A stretch of 64,000 nucleotides of DNA from an uncultured virus (IMG/VR IMGVR_UViG_3300031857_009768) (taxonomy: Duplodnaviria; Heunggongvirae; Uroviricota; Caudoviricetes), in IMG/VR virus record IMGVR_UViG_3300031857_009768, one strand, 5' to 3'. Below, one piece after another: positions 1-8,390 of the stretch. The position numbers and the translations under genes were made by a program. Each line of letters opens with the position of its first letter. Position 1 is the stretch's first letter. The notes beneath the pieces were generated by a model, which did no database searches, had not been told where the DNA came from, and was given only the letters and a program-made list of their open reading frames with translations.

Positions 1-385
1 ACTTATCATCAGCAGAACGAATACCCAGACCGATTCCAACACCACCTCCTAACATTGAAAGCCAATTTACTTCCGAAAGAGTATTGACCAAACCTTCTGC
101 TGAATCATCCAAATAGGGAAGAAAGCAGCTAATAGGCAAGCCACGCTTAGAGCGACCGAAAGATAAAATAGGAGTAGAATAAGATAGCCAATGCTTACTA
201 CTGTAATCGTAGAGCCTCTGAGCATGAGCAGCATCAGTTGCAAAAGCAGCGGATACAAACGCAAATCTTTCTTGAGGACTTGATTCGTCTTCACGCATGT
301 ATGATTCTTTGAGTCTTTTGATTCCGAGTTCATCGAATAGTTTATCTCTTTCTAGGTCTATTGTAATGCTGCTAATATCTACCAT
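1..385 (-). CDS. nrdA: Ribonucleotide reductase class I alpha subunit, N-terminal part (runs off the window)
   Basis: Not in the ORF track. Manual translation from ATG at 385: MVDISSITIDLERDKLFDELGIKRLKESY...SPQERFA...WLSYSTPILSFGRSKRGLPISCFL...GGGVGIG, matching NrdA motifs (STP, PISCF, GGGVG); no N-terminal ATP cone apparent. Confidence 0.92.
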   Translation of the reverse strand, partial: MVDISSITIDLERDKLFDELGIKRLKESYMREDESSPQERFAFVSAAFATDAAHAQRLYDYSSKHWLSYSTPILSFGRSKRGLPISCFLPYLDDSAEGLVNTLSEVNWLSMLGGGVGIGLGIRSADDK

Positions 386-398
386 TTCTTCTCCAATA

Positions 399-1052
399 TT
401 ATTGTTCTAGTGCTGCTACTACATTTGGAAATTTATCTGCTATAACTTTCCAACACGCTTGTGCTATTTCCATGTGTTCTTTTTGTGTACCATTTTCCAT
501 ACGCAACTGACAGTAGTGAATCCAACTACGCAATGTACCATTCATGTACATACGTGACTGTGTGTTGCCTTCTGGTAATACCACACGTGCTTGTTCTTTT
601 GCGATACCATTTGCAATCGCCCAATCATATGCGGCTTTTGCTTCAGAAATCAAATTAACTTGTTTAATTTTCCATTCTGACTGTAATTCATTATCGTCAG
701 TCTCAATAGAGTTTTGACGATTCTTTGTATCTTGTAGTCTTGCTTCACGTAGTTCAAAACCCAAATCTTTCGTTGGATCAGCATAACGCTGGCTGAACTC
801 TTGAAAAGAAAAACTACGATGGCGCAAGATTTGTCTTGCTATGTCCCGTGTAGTGTTTATTTCCATAACAACGTTGACCATTTCAAATGGTGACCAATGT
901 TGATTTTTGATAAGATAACGAATTAATTTATCAGAGTCAATATTCATTCCCTGATTACTTGGATTTGATACACGTGCCATGTGTACAATCAAATCTTCAG
1001 CAGAGCCATAACCATTCATTGTTGCGGTCACACCAACTAACTTCACGTTCAT
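399..1052 (-). CDS. thyX: Flavin-dependent thymidylate synthase
   Basis: ThyX motif RHRSFSFQEFSQRY plus HWSPFE; likely start MNVKLV at 1052, overlapping the primase stop. Confidence 0.95.
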   Translation of the reverse strand: MNVKLVGVTATMNGYGSAEDLIVHMARVSNPSNQGMNIDSDKLIRYLIKNQHWSPFEMVNVVMEINTTRDIARQILRHRSFSFQEFSQRYADPTKDLGFELREARLQDTKNRQNSIETDDNELQSEWKIKQVNLISEAKAAYDWAIANGIAKEQARVVLPEGNTQSRMYMNGTLRSWIHYCQLRMENGTQKEHMEIAQACWKVIADKFPNVVAALEQ

Positions 1053-2098
1053 AATTTCTTCCAAAAAGTAAATTTGGCTATAGCCTCAAGACCATAAAAT
1101 GTATTACTATCTATAATCTCCTGGATTTCGCCAGATGAAAAACCATTCAACACCATCTCATTGATGTCTTTGCCATCCATATTATCAGGCCAAATCACAA
1201 CATTATGATTCGATTTGATAGCATTTTCAATCAACTTACACACTTCTTTATTTCTTGGTTCATTATCAAATACAAGCGTAATTTTTTCTGCTTGAATATT
1301 TTTCACCGTTAGGGCAAGATTTGCGTCACCTGATGCTACACAATTCTTTAGAAACAAACTATCTAGTGGACCTTCAACAAGATACACACGTTCTTTTAAA
1401 TTCACACGATCCATGCCAAAAACAAGTTTATTATCAGAATCGTCTGTTCTCAATGTAACATAGCGTAGTGTGCGGTCGCTTGTCTCTAATGCTCGACCAG
1501 ATACAGCGATCAATTCATTCTGATAATTAAAATACGGTATAACTAGTCTAGCGTCTTCAACTAGGTTTTTATCGTGATTTGGAATTAGCGCATCACAAAA
1601 TGCTTTATAGTTTGAAGTGAACAACAACTTATCATAATGTTCTTCGGGGATTAGCCGATTCTCAGCATACGTTAAACAAAAATGTCCACTTGGTAAACTA
1701 CTGAGCCATTCCCCATGTTCAAATATGCTGCGCTTTTTGATGTGACCAAATTTGGGTGGGTTGGTGATGATTCGTGGTGATAATTCACTCTTTCTGTGAT
1801 ACGTGTTGGCAGTTCCGGTTGTGCCCGACTTGTATTTTTCGAGTACGTACTCTCCATGTAAGGATGAGTCGATGTGCTTGATGAAATTGGCGACATTTGT
1901 TCCTACTCCACAGTTATGACAGCGGTAAAATAAATCATTGCCCTTGGCGAAAACATAGCCTCGGGCTTTGAGTGTGTTTGTTTTGGAATCGCCACAATAG
2001 GGACATGAAAAATTCCACAAGTTAGTATTCTTCTGCTTGAAGTTACGCAAGCGGGAAGAAACCATTCTTACATATTTCGCATCGATATAAAGAGCCAT
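1049..2098 (-). CDS. gp61: T4-like DNA primase
   Basis: Zn finger CPYCGDS...CHNC; TOPRIM motifs VEGPLDS, FDNEPRN, KDINEM. Confidence 0.95.
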   Translation of the reverse strand: MALYIDAKYVRMVSSRLRNFKQKNTNLWNFSCPYCGDSKTNTLKARGYVFAKGNDLFYRCHNCGVGTNVANFIKHIDSSLHGEYVLEKYKSGTTGTANTYHRKSELSPRIITNPPKFGHIKKRSIFEHGEWLSSLPSGHFCLTYAENRLIPEEHYDKLLFTSNYKAFCDALIPNHDKNLVEDARLVIPYFNYQNELIAVSGRALETSDRTLRYVTLRTDDSDNKLVFGMDRVNLKERVYLVEGPLDSLFLKNCVASGDANLALTVKNIQAEKITLVFDNEPRNKEVCKLIENAIKSNHNVVIWPDNMDGKDINEMVLNGFSSGEIQEIIDSNTFYGLEAIAKFTFWKKL

Positions 2099-2104
2099 AC
2101 CTTC

Positions 2105-2133
2105 ATTATAACACTACTGCTCACAAAAATCAA
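2105..2133 (-). promoter_or_regulatory. sigma70-type promoter for primase
   Basis: Minus strand TTGATT-17 bp-TATAAT with extended -10 TG. Confidence 0.65.
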
Positions 2134-2562
2134 TTAATTAAAAAACTTTGCCAGATATTCAAATTTTATGTTGGAGATGATCCATGCGACAACGACAACA
2201 CCACCGGCAACCATCCACTTCCACTGCATCAATGACTTTAGATCATCATCTTCTTTTTGGTTGTGTTCGGTAATATGATCACGTAATGATTTGATTTCAT
2301 CCATGATTCTACGCTCAGTCAGTTCTATTTTGTCCGATAGATTTCTGTCTGTGGTAGTAATACGTGAATGAAGTTCTTTGATATCGCTTACGGTATCTTC
2401 TTTGCGTTTGTCCATGTCTTTGTAAATCTGATTGACAATGTTGGCATTGTTATCTGTAAGTTTTTCGATAACACGGTCCATCTTCTCACAAAGGTCTACA
2501 AGTGTATAGACCTTTTCTTTGAGAACGCCAACCTCTACTTTGAGTGCTACATCTCCGTCCAT
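2134..2562 (-). CDS. Coiled-coil protein with C-terminal transmembrane helix (possible lysis accessory)
   Basis: Charged heptad-rich body followed by WKWMVAGGVVVVAWII; last gene of the lysis block. Confidence 0.55.
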   Translation of the reverse strand: MDGDVALKVEVGVLKEKVYTLVDLCEKMDRVIEKLTDNNANIVNQIYKDMDKRKEDTVSDIKELHSRITTTDRNLSDKIELTERRIMDEIKSLRDHITEHNQKEDDDLKSLMQWKWMVAGGVVVVAWIISNIKFEYLAKFFN

Positions 2563-2563
2563 T

Positions 2564-2761
2564 TTATTTCTTCTCAGGAATCTTTGTGCCCTCTAGTTTC
2601 TTATGAACTTTGATGGTCTTACAAACTTCTTTTTCTTTTTTAGTTTTGTTATCAAACTCTTTGACACACACTTTCTTTTCTTCAGCAGCAAATGCGGCGT
2701 TTGTCAGTGGCGCAAAAAGCAGAAACAAAATCATTGATGCTAGGGCAAGTTCTTTTTTCAT
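2564..2761 (-). CDS. Small exported protein
   Basis: Signal peptide ending AAFA; two Cys; Lys-rich mature part. Confidence 0.55.
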   Translation of the reverse strand: MKKELALASMILFLLFAPLTNAAFAAEEKKVCVKEFDNKTKKEKEVCKTIKVHKKLEGTKIPEKK

Positions 2762-2985
2762 TTTTCTTCCTTAGAAACAAATTTTTCGGTTGCGGTAAAT
2801 CCTAATCCACCAAGCACAACATACATTATAACATCAAGTGTCTGTGGATTCAATTTCTTTTCAAAAAACAATTCGGCAATAAACCCAGTAGCAAGCAAAA
2901 GGAACGCCAAAAAGGTGATGAACCTTTTGCTGCTAGGCTGTTGCTCACCTTCAGCGGTGAGCATTTGTATCATAAAACTTTTCAC
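2758..2985 (-). CDS. Small two-TM membrane protein (holin candidate)
   Basis: Two hydrophobic helices, charged C-terminus, downstream of endolysin. Confidence 0.5.
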   Translation of the reverse strand: MKSFMIQMLTAEGEQQPSSKRFITFLAFLLLATGFIAELFFEKKLNPQTLDVIMYVVLGGLGFTATEKFVSKEEK

Positions 2986-3470
2986 AGTTCAGGATGTGGC
3001 GGTTGTGCTGGTGCTTCTTTACCACCAAAACCTGAAGCGACTGATGGAACAAATGAAGACATCACATCAAATCCAGCCGACATGCCCATTGGTGCTGCAA
3101 ATCCAGCCATGCTCATTGGTGAGCTAAAGCCCATTGAACTCATAGGTGCTGGTGGTGGAGAAGGTGGCGGTGGCTTGTTTGCTGCTTCAAGTGCCTTTGC
3201 CCTCAACTCTTTATCATCACCTGCCAACATAATACCTGACAGTGTACCAGTCAGAAATGTAGCAATTGGAATAATCAATTCAAAAAACTTGTTGTCTACA
3301 GGACTCATACCATTCATTGGCTGAGTTACAAAAATCAAACTGTACAAAACAACAAATACAATACCGAACAGTGTAAGTCCTAAAATGATACCGATAAAAA
3401 ACTTGAGTCGTGCGTTCAGTTCTTCAGTTGTATATCTTTCTCCTGACCATAGTTCCTTTATCATCTGCAA
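2982..3470 (-). CDS. Two-TM membrane protein with Pro/Ser/Met-rich tail
   Basis: Hydrophobic FFIGIILGLTLFGIVFVVLYSLIFV and LIIPIATFLTGTLSGIML; low-complexity tail. Confidence 0.6.
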   Translation of the reverse strand: MQMIKELWSGERYTTEELNARLKFFIGIILGLTLFGIVFVVLYSLIFVTQPMNGMSPVDNKFFELIIPIATFLTGTLSGIMLAGDDKELRAKALEAANKPPPPSPPPAPMSSMGFSSPMSMAGFAAPMGMSAGFDVMSSFVPSVASGFGGKEAPAQPPHPEL

Positions 3471-3685
3471 TCTCCTCTAAGTGGGGCTTGTTGCATTTGT
3501 GGTGAAGGCTGACCGGCTTTATTCTTTTCGTAATGTGTCAAGTCTTCTGGACAAGTCCCGTTTGCGCTACAATAGGGTTTTTTACATTGTTTTGTATCCC
3601 AGTTCTCTGGGTCTTGGCAAGGATAACGATAGTTTTCCTGACAAGCAACTAACAATGGTAATAGTAATAGTACCAGATATTTCAT
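3461..3685 (-). CDS. Small Cys-rich lipoprotein
   Basis: Lipobox LLVAC; four further Cys. Confidence 0.65.
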   Translation of the reverse strand: MKYLVLLLLPLLVACQENYRYPCQDPENWDTKQCKKPYCSANGTCPEDLTHYEKNKAGQPSPQMQQAPLRGDCR

Positions 3686-4302
3686 TAGTGAACTCCTAGA
3701 ACATGAAGGGCGTGTTCATAATGTTTCTTACGATCTTCAAGTCCTATGGTTCCACCATTGATTCTCTTGGTCATACCAAGAATATCACCCTTATCTGCAA
3801 AGGCATTGATTTTGTTTGTTTCCCAAAACCAACATGCAGATTGTGCAGCGCCTTCGAATGTTTGCGTATATTCTGCTGCTTCTTCTGGAGAAATTTCAAG
3901 TGATGCGGCAAACCAAGTGTAATTTGTTTTGCCAGTCAACTGAATCAGTCCACGACCACGATATTTGTAGCCGTCACCAGATGCTTCATCGCCATTGCCC
4001 ATACGATTGGCATAAATGCGATTGGCAATTTTCTCTGGCTTTCTTTCGTATTCTTTAGCGACAGCCAAGTTAGGGAAATATTTTCCAAACAGTTTTGTTA
4101 GGCTCTCTGCTTTGTAGTTCAAATTCTCTGTGAGAAAAACAAAACCACCAGACTCATGGGCGCACTGAGCAATAAACGATGCTATGCGCTGTGGTGTATT
4201 GATTTCATAATCTGGAAGTAATTGGCTTAATGCTTTGTGCCACTGATCAATGTATGGATTTTTTGGTAGTAATTGTTTTAATTGTTCTTTTGTGAGTTCC
4301 AT
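3685..4302 (-). CDS. Endolysin, glycoside hydrolase family 19
   Basis: FIAQCAHESGG, ENLNY, YRGRGLIQLTG, TKRINGG motifs. Confidence 0.92.
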   Translation of the reverse strand: MELTKEQLKQLLPKNPYIDQWHKALSQLLPDYEINTPQRIASFIAQCAHESGGFVFLTENLNYKAESLTKLFGKYFPNLAVAKEYERKPEKIANRIYANRMGNGDEASGDGYKYRGRGLIQLTGKTNYTWFAASLEISPEEAAEYTQTFEGAAQSACWFWETNKINAFADKGDILGMTKRINGGTIGLEDRKKHYEHALHVLGVH

Positions 4303-4317
4303 GTTTTTCCTCAGGTA

Positions 4318-4578
4318 TTATTTTACGGAATCAAAAATCTCCTTTTGTAATCTATACCATTCTATCCACATGTCAACTTTGTCACTACACTTATGATACT
4401 CCATGTAGTTATCAGATACGACCGTAATCACTTCACTCAGTTTGGTCGTGCCTTCTTGCACTTGCGTCAGTGGCGGGCAAGTTCTTCCTAATGATTCTGG
4501 CATTTCGGGAAACTTGCGGGCCACTGGTACTGTTGTACTACAGCCCGATAGCAATAAAACTATAAGTAATTTTTTCAT
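4318..4578 (-). CDS. Outer-membrane spanin (Rz1-like lipoprotein)
   Basis: Lipobox LLLSGC, Pro-rich segment, overlaps the end of the i-spanin candidate. Confidence 0.7.
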   Translation of the reverse strand: MKKLLIVLLLSGCSTTVPVARKFPEMPESLGRTCPPLTQVQEGTTKLSEVITVVSDNYMEYHKCSDKVDMWIEWYRLQKEIFDSVK

Positions 4579-5012
4579 GGCTTCTTGGCTGCTTCGTTCA
4601 AAATACTTACTACGTTAGGATCAAGTTCGCATTTCGCATCAATAACTTTTTCCACTTCTTTAATCTTTTGGACAACAATCTCTCGTTTTTCAACGACTCT
4701 CTTTGTTCTCTCTCTGATCTGCGTTTCAATAACAACATTTGTCTGCTGTGATTTCTTTTCTGCATCTTTCACTTTCTCCTCTAGTTCAGCCACTCTTTGA
4801 CGCCACTCTTGCTCGACGCTATAGCCTCCTTTCCAGTATATACCGATACAGAGCAGTGCTATGGAAACATATTTGATAATGTTAGCATAGCTGCTAATGA
4901 ATAGCAATCTGCTACCTACAAAACCTAAAATGGTGCCGATGACACCACAAACTAAAACTGTGTTGATAATGAATAAAAGAAAGCCTGATGGCAGAAAACT
5001 AAGAAGCCACAT
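4575..5012 (-). CDS. Inner-membrane spanin (Rz-like)
   Basis: N-terminal TM helices then coiled coil with C-terminal Cys; precedes lipoprotein and endolysin. Confidence 0.7.
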   Translation of the reverse strand: MWLLSFLPSGFLLFIINTVLVCGVIGTILGFVGSRLLFISSYANIIKYVSIALLCIGIYWKGGYSVEQEWRQRVAELEEKVKDAEKKSQQTNVVIETQIRERTKRVVEKREIVVQKIKEVEKVIDAKCELDPNVVSILNEAAKKP

Positions 5013-5235
5013 TTGACTTTCTCTTTATAAATGAGATGAATGTTGCAGTCTTGCGTTTCTTCACGCCAGGTTCACCTTGTGGTCCTACGCCGATACCAGC
5101 AATGGCACCACCACCGACAGCATTTGCTGGTGCGCCACCCATGGCTCCAGCATCTTCTTTGAGTGGTTTACAGGCTTTATCGGTACTACACCAATAATAA
5201 CCTGCACCACATTCTTTTTTGAATTCGTTTGGCAT
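4999..5235 (-). CDS. Small late protein, possible head-associated peptide
   Basis: Directly behind a late promoter; Cys motif CGAGYYWC, LKE site, Gly/Ala-rich PANAVGGGAIAG. Confidence 0.55.
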   Translation of the reverse strand: MPNEFKKECGAGYYWCSTDKACKPLKEDAGAMGGAPANAVGGGAIAGIGVGPQGEPGVKKRKTATFISFIKRKSNVAS

Positions 5236-5240
5236 AGGTA

Positions 5241-5248
5241 TATTTATA
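5241..5248 (-). promoter_or_regulatory. T4-type late promoter TATAAATA
   Basis: Exact TATAAATA on minus strand upstream of the lysis block; gp55 encoded in window. Confidence 0.75.
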
Positions 5249-5984
5249 TTCCGTAAGTTCCTTTAATTGCATTATAATTCTGAGTTATTTCCGCACCAGA
5301 TAATGCTTTGTTATACACCCGCATCTGATAGAATACTGGATAAAAGGCTGCATTTGAGTTATTCATTGCATCCGTTGAACCTGTACCATCATTTAAATGC
5401 CTTGACCCAAAATAAAAATCACTTGTCGCAAAGAGTGTTTGATTACTAATAGTATCAGTTGTTCCAATTTGTGAACCATTTAAAAATAGACTAACTTGTG
5501 TGCCATTGATAACAAAAATCCACTGTCTTATAGCATCACTTGCGGTTATGGTTACTAGGGTTTCACTATTAGGGATACCATAACTTATCTCTGTTGAAGA
5601 ATTCACATATGCTAGATATCCTCCGTTAGTATTATAAATTTCATTACCCCAAATAGCTCCCCAAAATGATGTTGGATTAAATGAAGCAACCACTTCAACT
5701 GTTACAGTATTTGAAGCAATATTGTAAGGAACACTAATATAATCTGTTCCACCATTATCCTCATTGTTCAGTCTTATGCCACCACCATTGTTTGACACAT
5801 ATGATGGTGAACCTTGAAGTGTTGCGTTATATCCATTACCACTAGAATCAGTCCATGTTGAACCAGTTGATGGTGCAGTTGCTAAGTTGAATTGCAGACC
5901 TGAAGTTACGATTCCACCACCAGCATCTATCTGTGAGTCAACGTAAATTCCACTACCGATTGTAATTCCTGGTCCGATTATCAT
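5244..5984 (-). CDS. LamG/concanavalin A-like domain protein (probably virion-associated)
   Basis: WTDSSGNGYNATL, LFLNG, MRVYNKALSGAEITQNYNA typical of LamG-like domains. Confidence 0.8.
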   Translation of the reverse strand: MIIGPGITIGSGIYVDSQIDAGGGIVTSGLQFNLATAPSTGSTWTDSSGNGYNATLQGSPSYVSNNGGGIRLNNEDNGGTDYISVPYNIASNTVTVEVVASFNPTSFWGAIWGNEIYNTNGGYLAYVNSSTEISYGIPNSETLVTITASDAIRQWIFVINGTQVSLFLNGSQIGTTDTISNQTLFATSDFYFGSRHLNDGTGSTDAMNNSNAAFYPVFYQMRVYNKALSGAEITQNYNAIKGTYGI

Positions 5985-6373
5985 TTTAGATTTCTGAGAA
6001 CCTCTGCGACATTCATATCAACTGGTATTTCTGATGATATAATGTCTGTATTGTTGATGCCACGAACTTTTTCGGGCATGAGATTTAAAAACAACAAGTA
6101 TGTTTTGAGTATACTATAGTCGTCTTTATTGGTATGATAAAACATAATTCTTGTTGATACTTCAGGACCAAAAATATTGTACAGAACAACAATATGATTG
6201 AGTATCAGACGCTCACGCATTTCACCATGTTTAGAATAACGTCTGAATAATCTTTTGAGATAATTCAATCGTTTCATGTCTTCAGTGAATTCACTCATAA
6301 CGCAATTAGGCCTATCATAGGCCTTTGCTGCGTACAACATTATATTGTCATCGGTTAGATTCTCAAAAGACAT
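5981..6373 (-). CDS. Conserved T4-like hypothetical protein
   Basis: Pattern AAKAYDRP...EFTEDMKR..YLKRL...ERLILNH recalled from T4-like phage hypotheticals. Confidence 0.65.
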   Translation of the reverse strand: MSFENLTDDNIMLYAAKAYDRPNCVMSEFTEDMKRLNYLKRLFRRYSKHGEMRERLILNHIVVLYNIFGPEVSTRIMFYHTNKDDYSILKTYLLFLNLMPEKVRGINNTDIISSEIPVDMNVAEVLRNLK

Positions 6374-6380
6374 AATGAAT

Positions 6381-6402
6381 GCGGCTGACCGAAGCCAGCC
6401 GC
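6381..6402 (-). terminator. GC-rich hairpin with C(UUCG)G loop (terminator or stabiliser)
   Basis: GCGGCTGGC-TTCG-GTCAGCCGC just after a stop; weak U-tract. Confidence 0.55.
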
Positions 6403-6410
6403 TAGTTCAA

Positions 6411-6989
6411 TCAAGAGTCAGGTGCGATAGCATCATCGGATGCATCACCTTCCATTGAACCCATTGCTACTAGAGTTTCGAATGTGGTACGACCGTTACG
6501 ACCGCCCATTGTAAAGGTGAATGCTGTGTTACCGAATGTATTTGCTGTTGGTGTACCTGTGTACAAACCAGCATTTGTAACCGTGACTGCTGTAACCCTA
6601 CCAGTAGCAGCCGTTGTTACACTGACTTGTGCAGAGGTATTGTTTGTACCACCACCAGAAAGAATCAGCGTATATGTACATGCTGATGCCGCTGGACCTA
6701 CAGCATTAGTATTTGCTGTAACTGAATCAATTCCGCCGGCACCTTTAGTACGTGCTACCCAACCAGCGTGTGTTGGCTGACCATCAGTAATCAGACCCTC
6801 TTCTGTTGTATCTATACCAAATACACCAAACTCTACGTTAGTACGGGTTGCACTCATGTAAGTATTCGAAAATACTGATGTTGTTTCTGAGTTGGCCAGA
6901 CTTTCACCAGTAGTTGATGTGTCGTAACCTGTCAGACCCGAAAAGTTTGGAGCATTGTTAGATGCGTCTACATTTCCCCAAAGTGGCAT
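6411..6989 (-). CDS. Putative virion structural protein
   Basis: MPLWG start, HAGWV and ETLVAM motifs, Thr/Gly/Ala-rich; late-promoter variant and AGGAG upstream. Confidence 0.6.
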   Translation of the reverse strand: MPLWGNVDASNNAPNFSGLTGYDTSTTGESLANSETTSVFSNTYMSATRTNVEFGVFGIDTTEEGLITDGQPTHAGWVARTKGAGGIDSVTANTNAVGPAASACTYTLILSGGGTNNTSAQVSVTTAATGRVTAVTVTNAGLYTGTPTANTFGNTAFTFTMGGRNGRTTFETLVAMGSMEGDASDDAIAPDS

Positions 6990-7017
6990 GTTTTTCTCCT
7001 ATAAATCTTTGATTAGT

Positions 7018-7025
7018 TATTTATG
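7018..7025 (-). promoter_or_regulatory. Late promoter variant CATAAATA
   Basis: One mismatch to TATAAATA at a gene junction. Confidence 0.5.
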
Positions 7026-8388
7026 TTTTCTGTATATCGCTAGACAATTCGGGGTCTTTCTGAAACTTATCCGATGCCTGTTCTTGTTCTTGTTTTTTGC
7101 CCTTTGCGGCATCTCTAACAATCTGAGCCTTGCGTGATAGAGTTCTTGCTGCGGCGCTTGGATCGTCAGTGTTTTCACTCACGGACTTCCAACCACCACC
7201 CATTTCTTTGTATTTCTTCGCAGCCCAACCGTTAGCATATGCTGAAGGATATACATCAAACTTAGACTTTGCTTGTGCTTTAGCCTGCGCCCACTTCTCA
7301 GGTGAAGTTGGCACATTCTTCTCTTCAAGTTGTTCAACCTCTTCCTTAACGTGACCATACTTCTTTTTATACCAGTCAGGCATACCACTCTTTTGACGGA
7401 AGTATCTTACTGTCGCAGAATCATTTGCTTGGTCACGATATTTGTTTTCTGCTGTTGTATTGTGACTCTTCATTGCTTCTGCTGCTTTGTGAGCATCTTT
7501 GGCAATATATTCCAATTCAGCATTTGTCTTCTTGTGGTACTCATGACCTTCTAGTGGATGGCGCTGTGATGGGCGACCTTCAGAAAGTTCAACTTCTTCT
7601 TTGTTGTATTTCTTTTTCAAATACTTGTCAACCTTGCGTTCGTATTCACCTTTTGGTTTCTTAGAAACAGGAGTACCATGTGGTGAAGGAACATATCGTT
7701 TAACTTCTTCGTTCAATTCACCACGCAGATAGTTTGCTGCTGTAGAAATATAATCTTCAGCAAGTGTAATCTTTGATTGAACCCATTCTGGTAGATTTGT
7801 ATTCTCTTCCATCAAGTCCATCATGTCTTGTGCGTTGAACATTAGTGAACGAATTTGTGACATCGCCATATCACCTTCATAATCATACTCACGGGCATCT
7901 TTTGCTTCTTTAATTGATGTAACAATCGTAGAAGACTTATATGGTTTTTTAACTGGTCCAGACACAAATCGTCCTTTCTTTTCTAATTGTTCTTCAATCT
8001 CTGTTTCTTCAGACACTCTTGATGCCTTCATGATGCCACGAATCAACGGTGCTTTGAGTTGCTTGTGTCTTGGAACAGCAATGTGTTCTTTTGACTTTGG
8101 ATGCCCATATACATCATGACCACCACCTGTGCGTTTCAGTGTCCAACCTGATTTACGAAGATGAGCATGAACATCACGTGTCTTCATGCTCGACTCTGGC
8201 ATCTCATCAAGTTGTTCAACCTCTTCTACTTTATATTTCTTTTTGATTTCAGATTGTTTTGCAAGTCTTTCTTTGTCATCAGAAATACCGTAAGAATGAC
8301 CCAACTCTTTGTAATAGTCGGGATGTGGAAGTCCCGACTTCTTACGCAGAGCCATTTGTCGTTGATGTAATTTATCGGCGACTGACAT
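7021..8388 (-). CDS. Modular putative internal head protein containing a HicA-like domain
   Basis: HicA-like segment MKTRDVHAHLRKSGWTLKRTGGGHDVYGHP...IAVPRHKQLKAPLIRGIMK; repeated EEVEQLDE/EEVELSE/EEVEQLEE linkers. Confidence 0.7.
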   Translation of the reverse strand: MSVADKLHQRQMALRKKSGLPHPDYYKELGHSYGISDDKERLAKQSEIKKKYKVEEVEQLDEMPESSMKTRDVHAHLRKSGWTLKRTGGGHDVYGHPKSKEHIAVPRHKQLKAPLIRGIMKASRVSEETEIEEQLEKKGRFVSGPVKKPYKSSTIVTSIKEAKDAREYDYEGDMAMSQIRSLMFNAQDMMDLMEENTNLPEWVQSKITLAEDYISTAANYLRGELNEEVKRYVPSPHGTPVSKKPKGEYERKVDKYLKKKYNKEEVELSEGRPSQRHPLEGHEYHKKTNAELEYIAKDAHKAAEAMKSHNTTAENKYRDQANDSATVRYFRQKSGMPDWYKKKYGHVKEEVEQLEEKNVPTSPEKWAQAKAQAKSKFDVYPSAYANGWAAKKYKEMGGGWKSVSENTDDPSAAARTLSRKAQIVRDAAKGKKQEQEQASDKFQKDPELSSDIQKT

Positions 8389-8390
8389 GA

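Noticed and set aside
67..333. 88-aa hydrophobic ORF in the track
   Set aside because: Alternative frame inside nrdA, whose frame (start 385) carries clear RNR motifs
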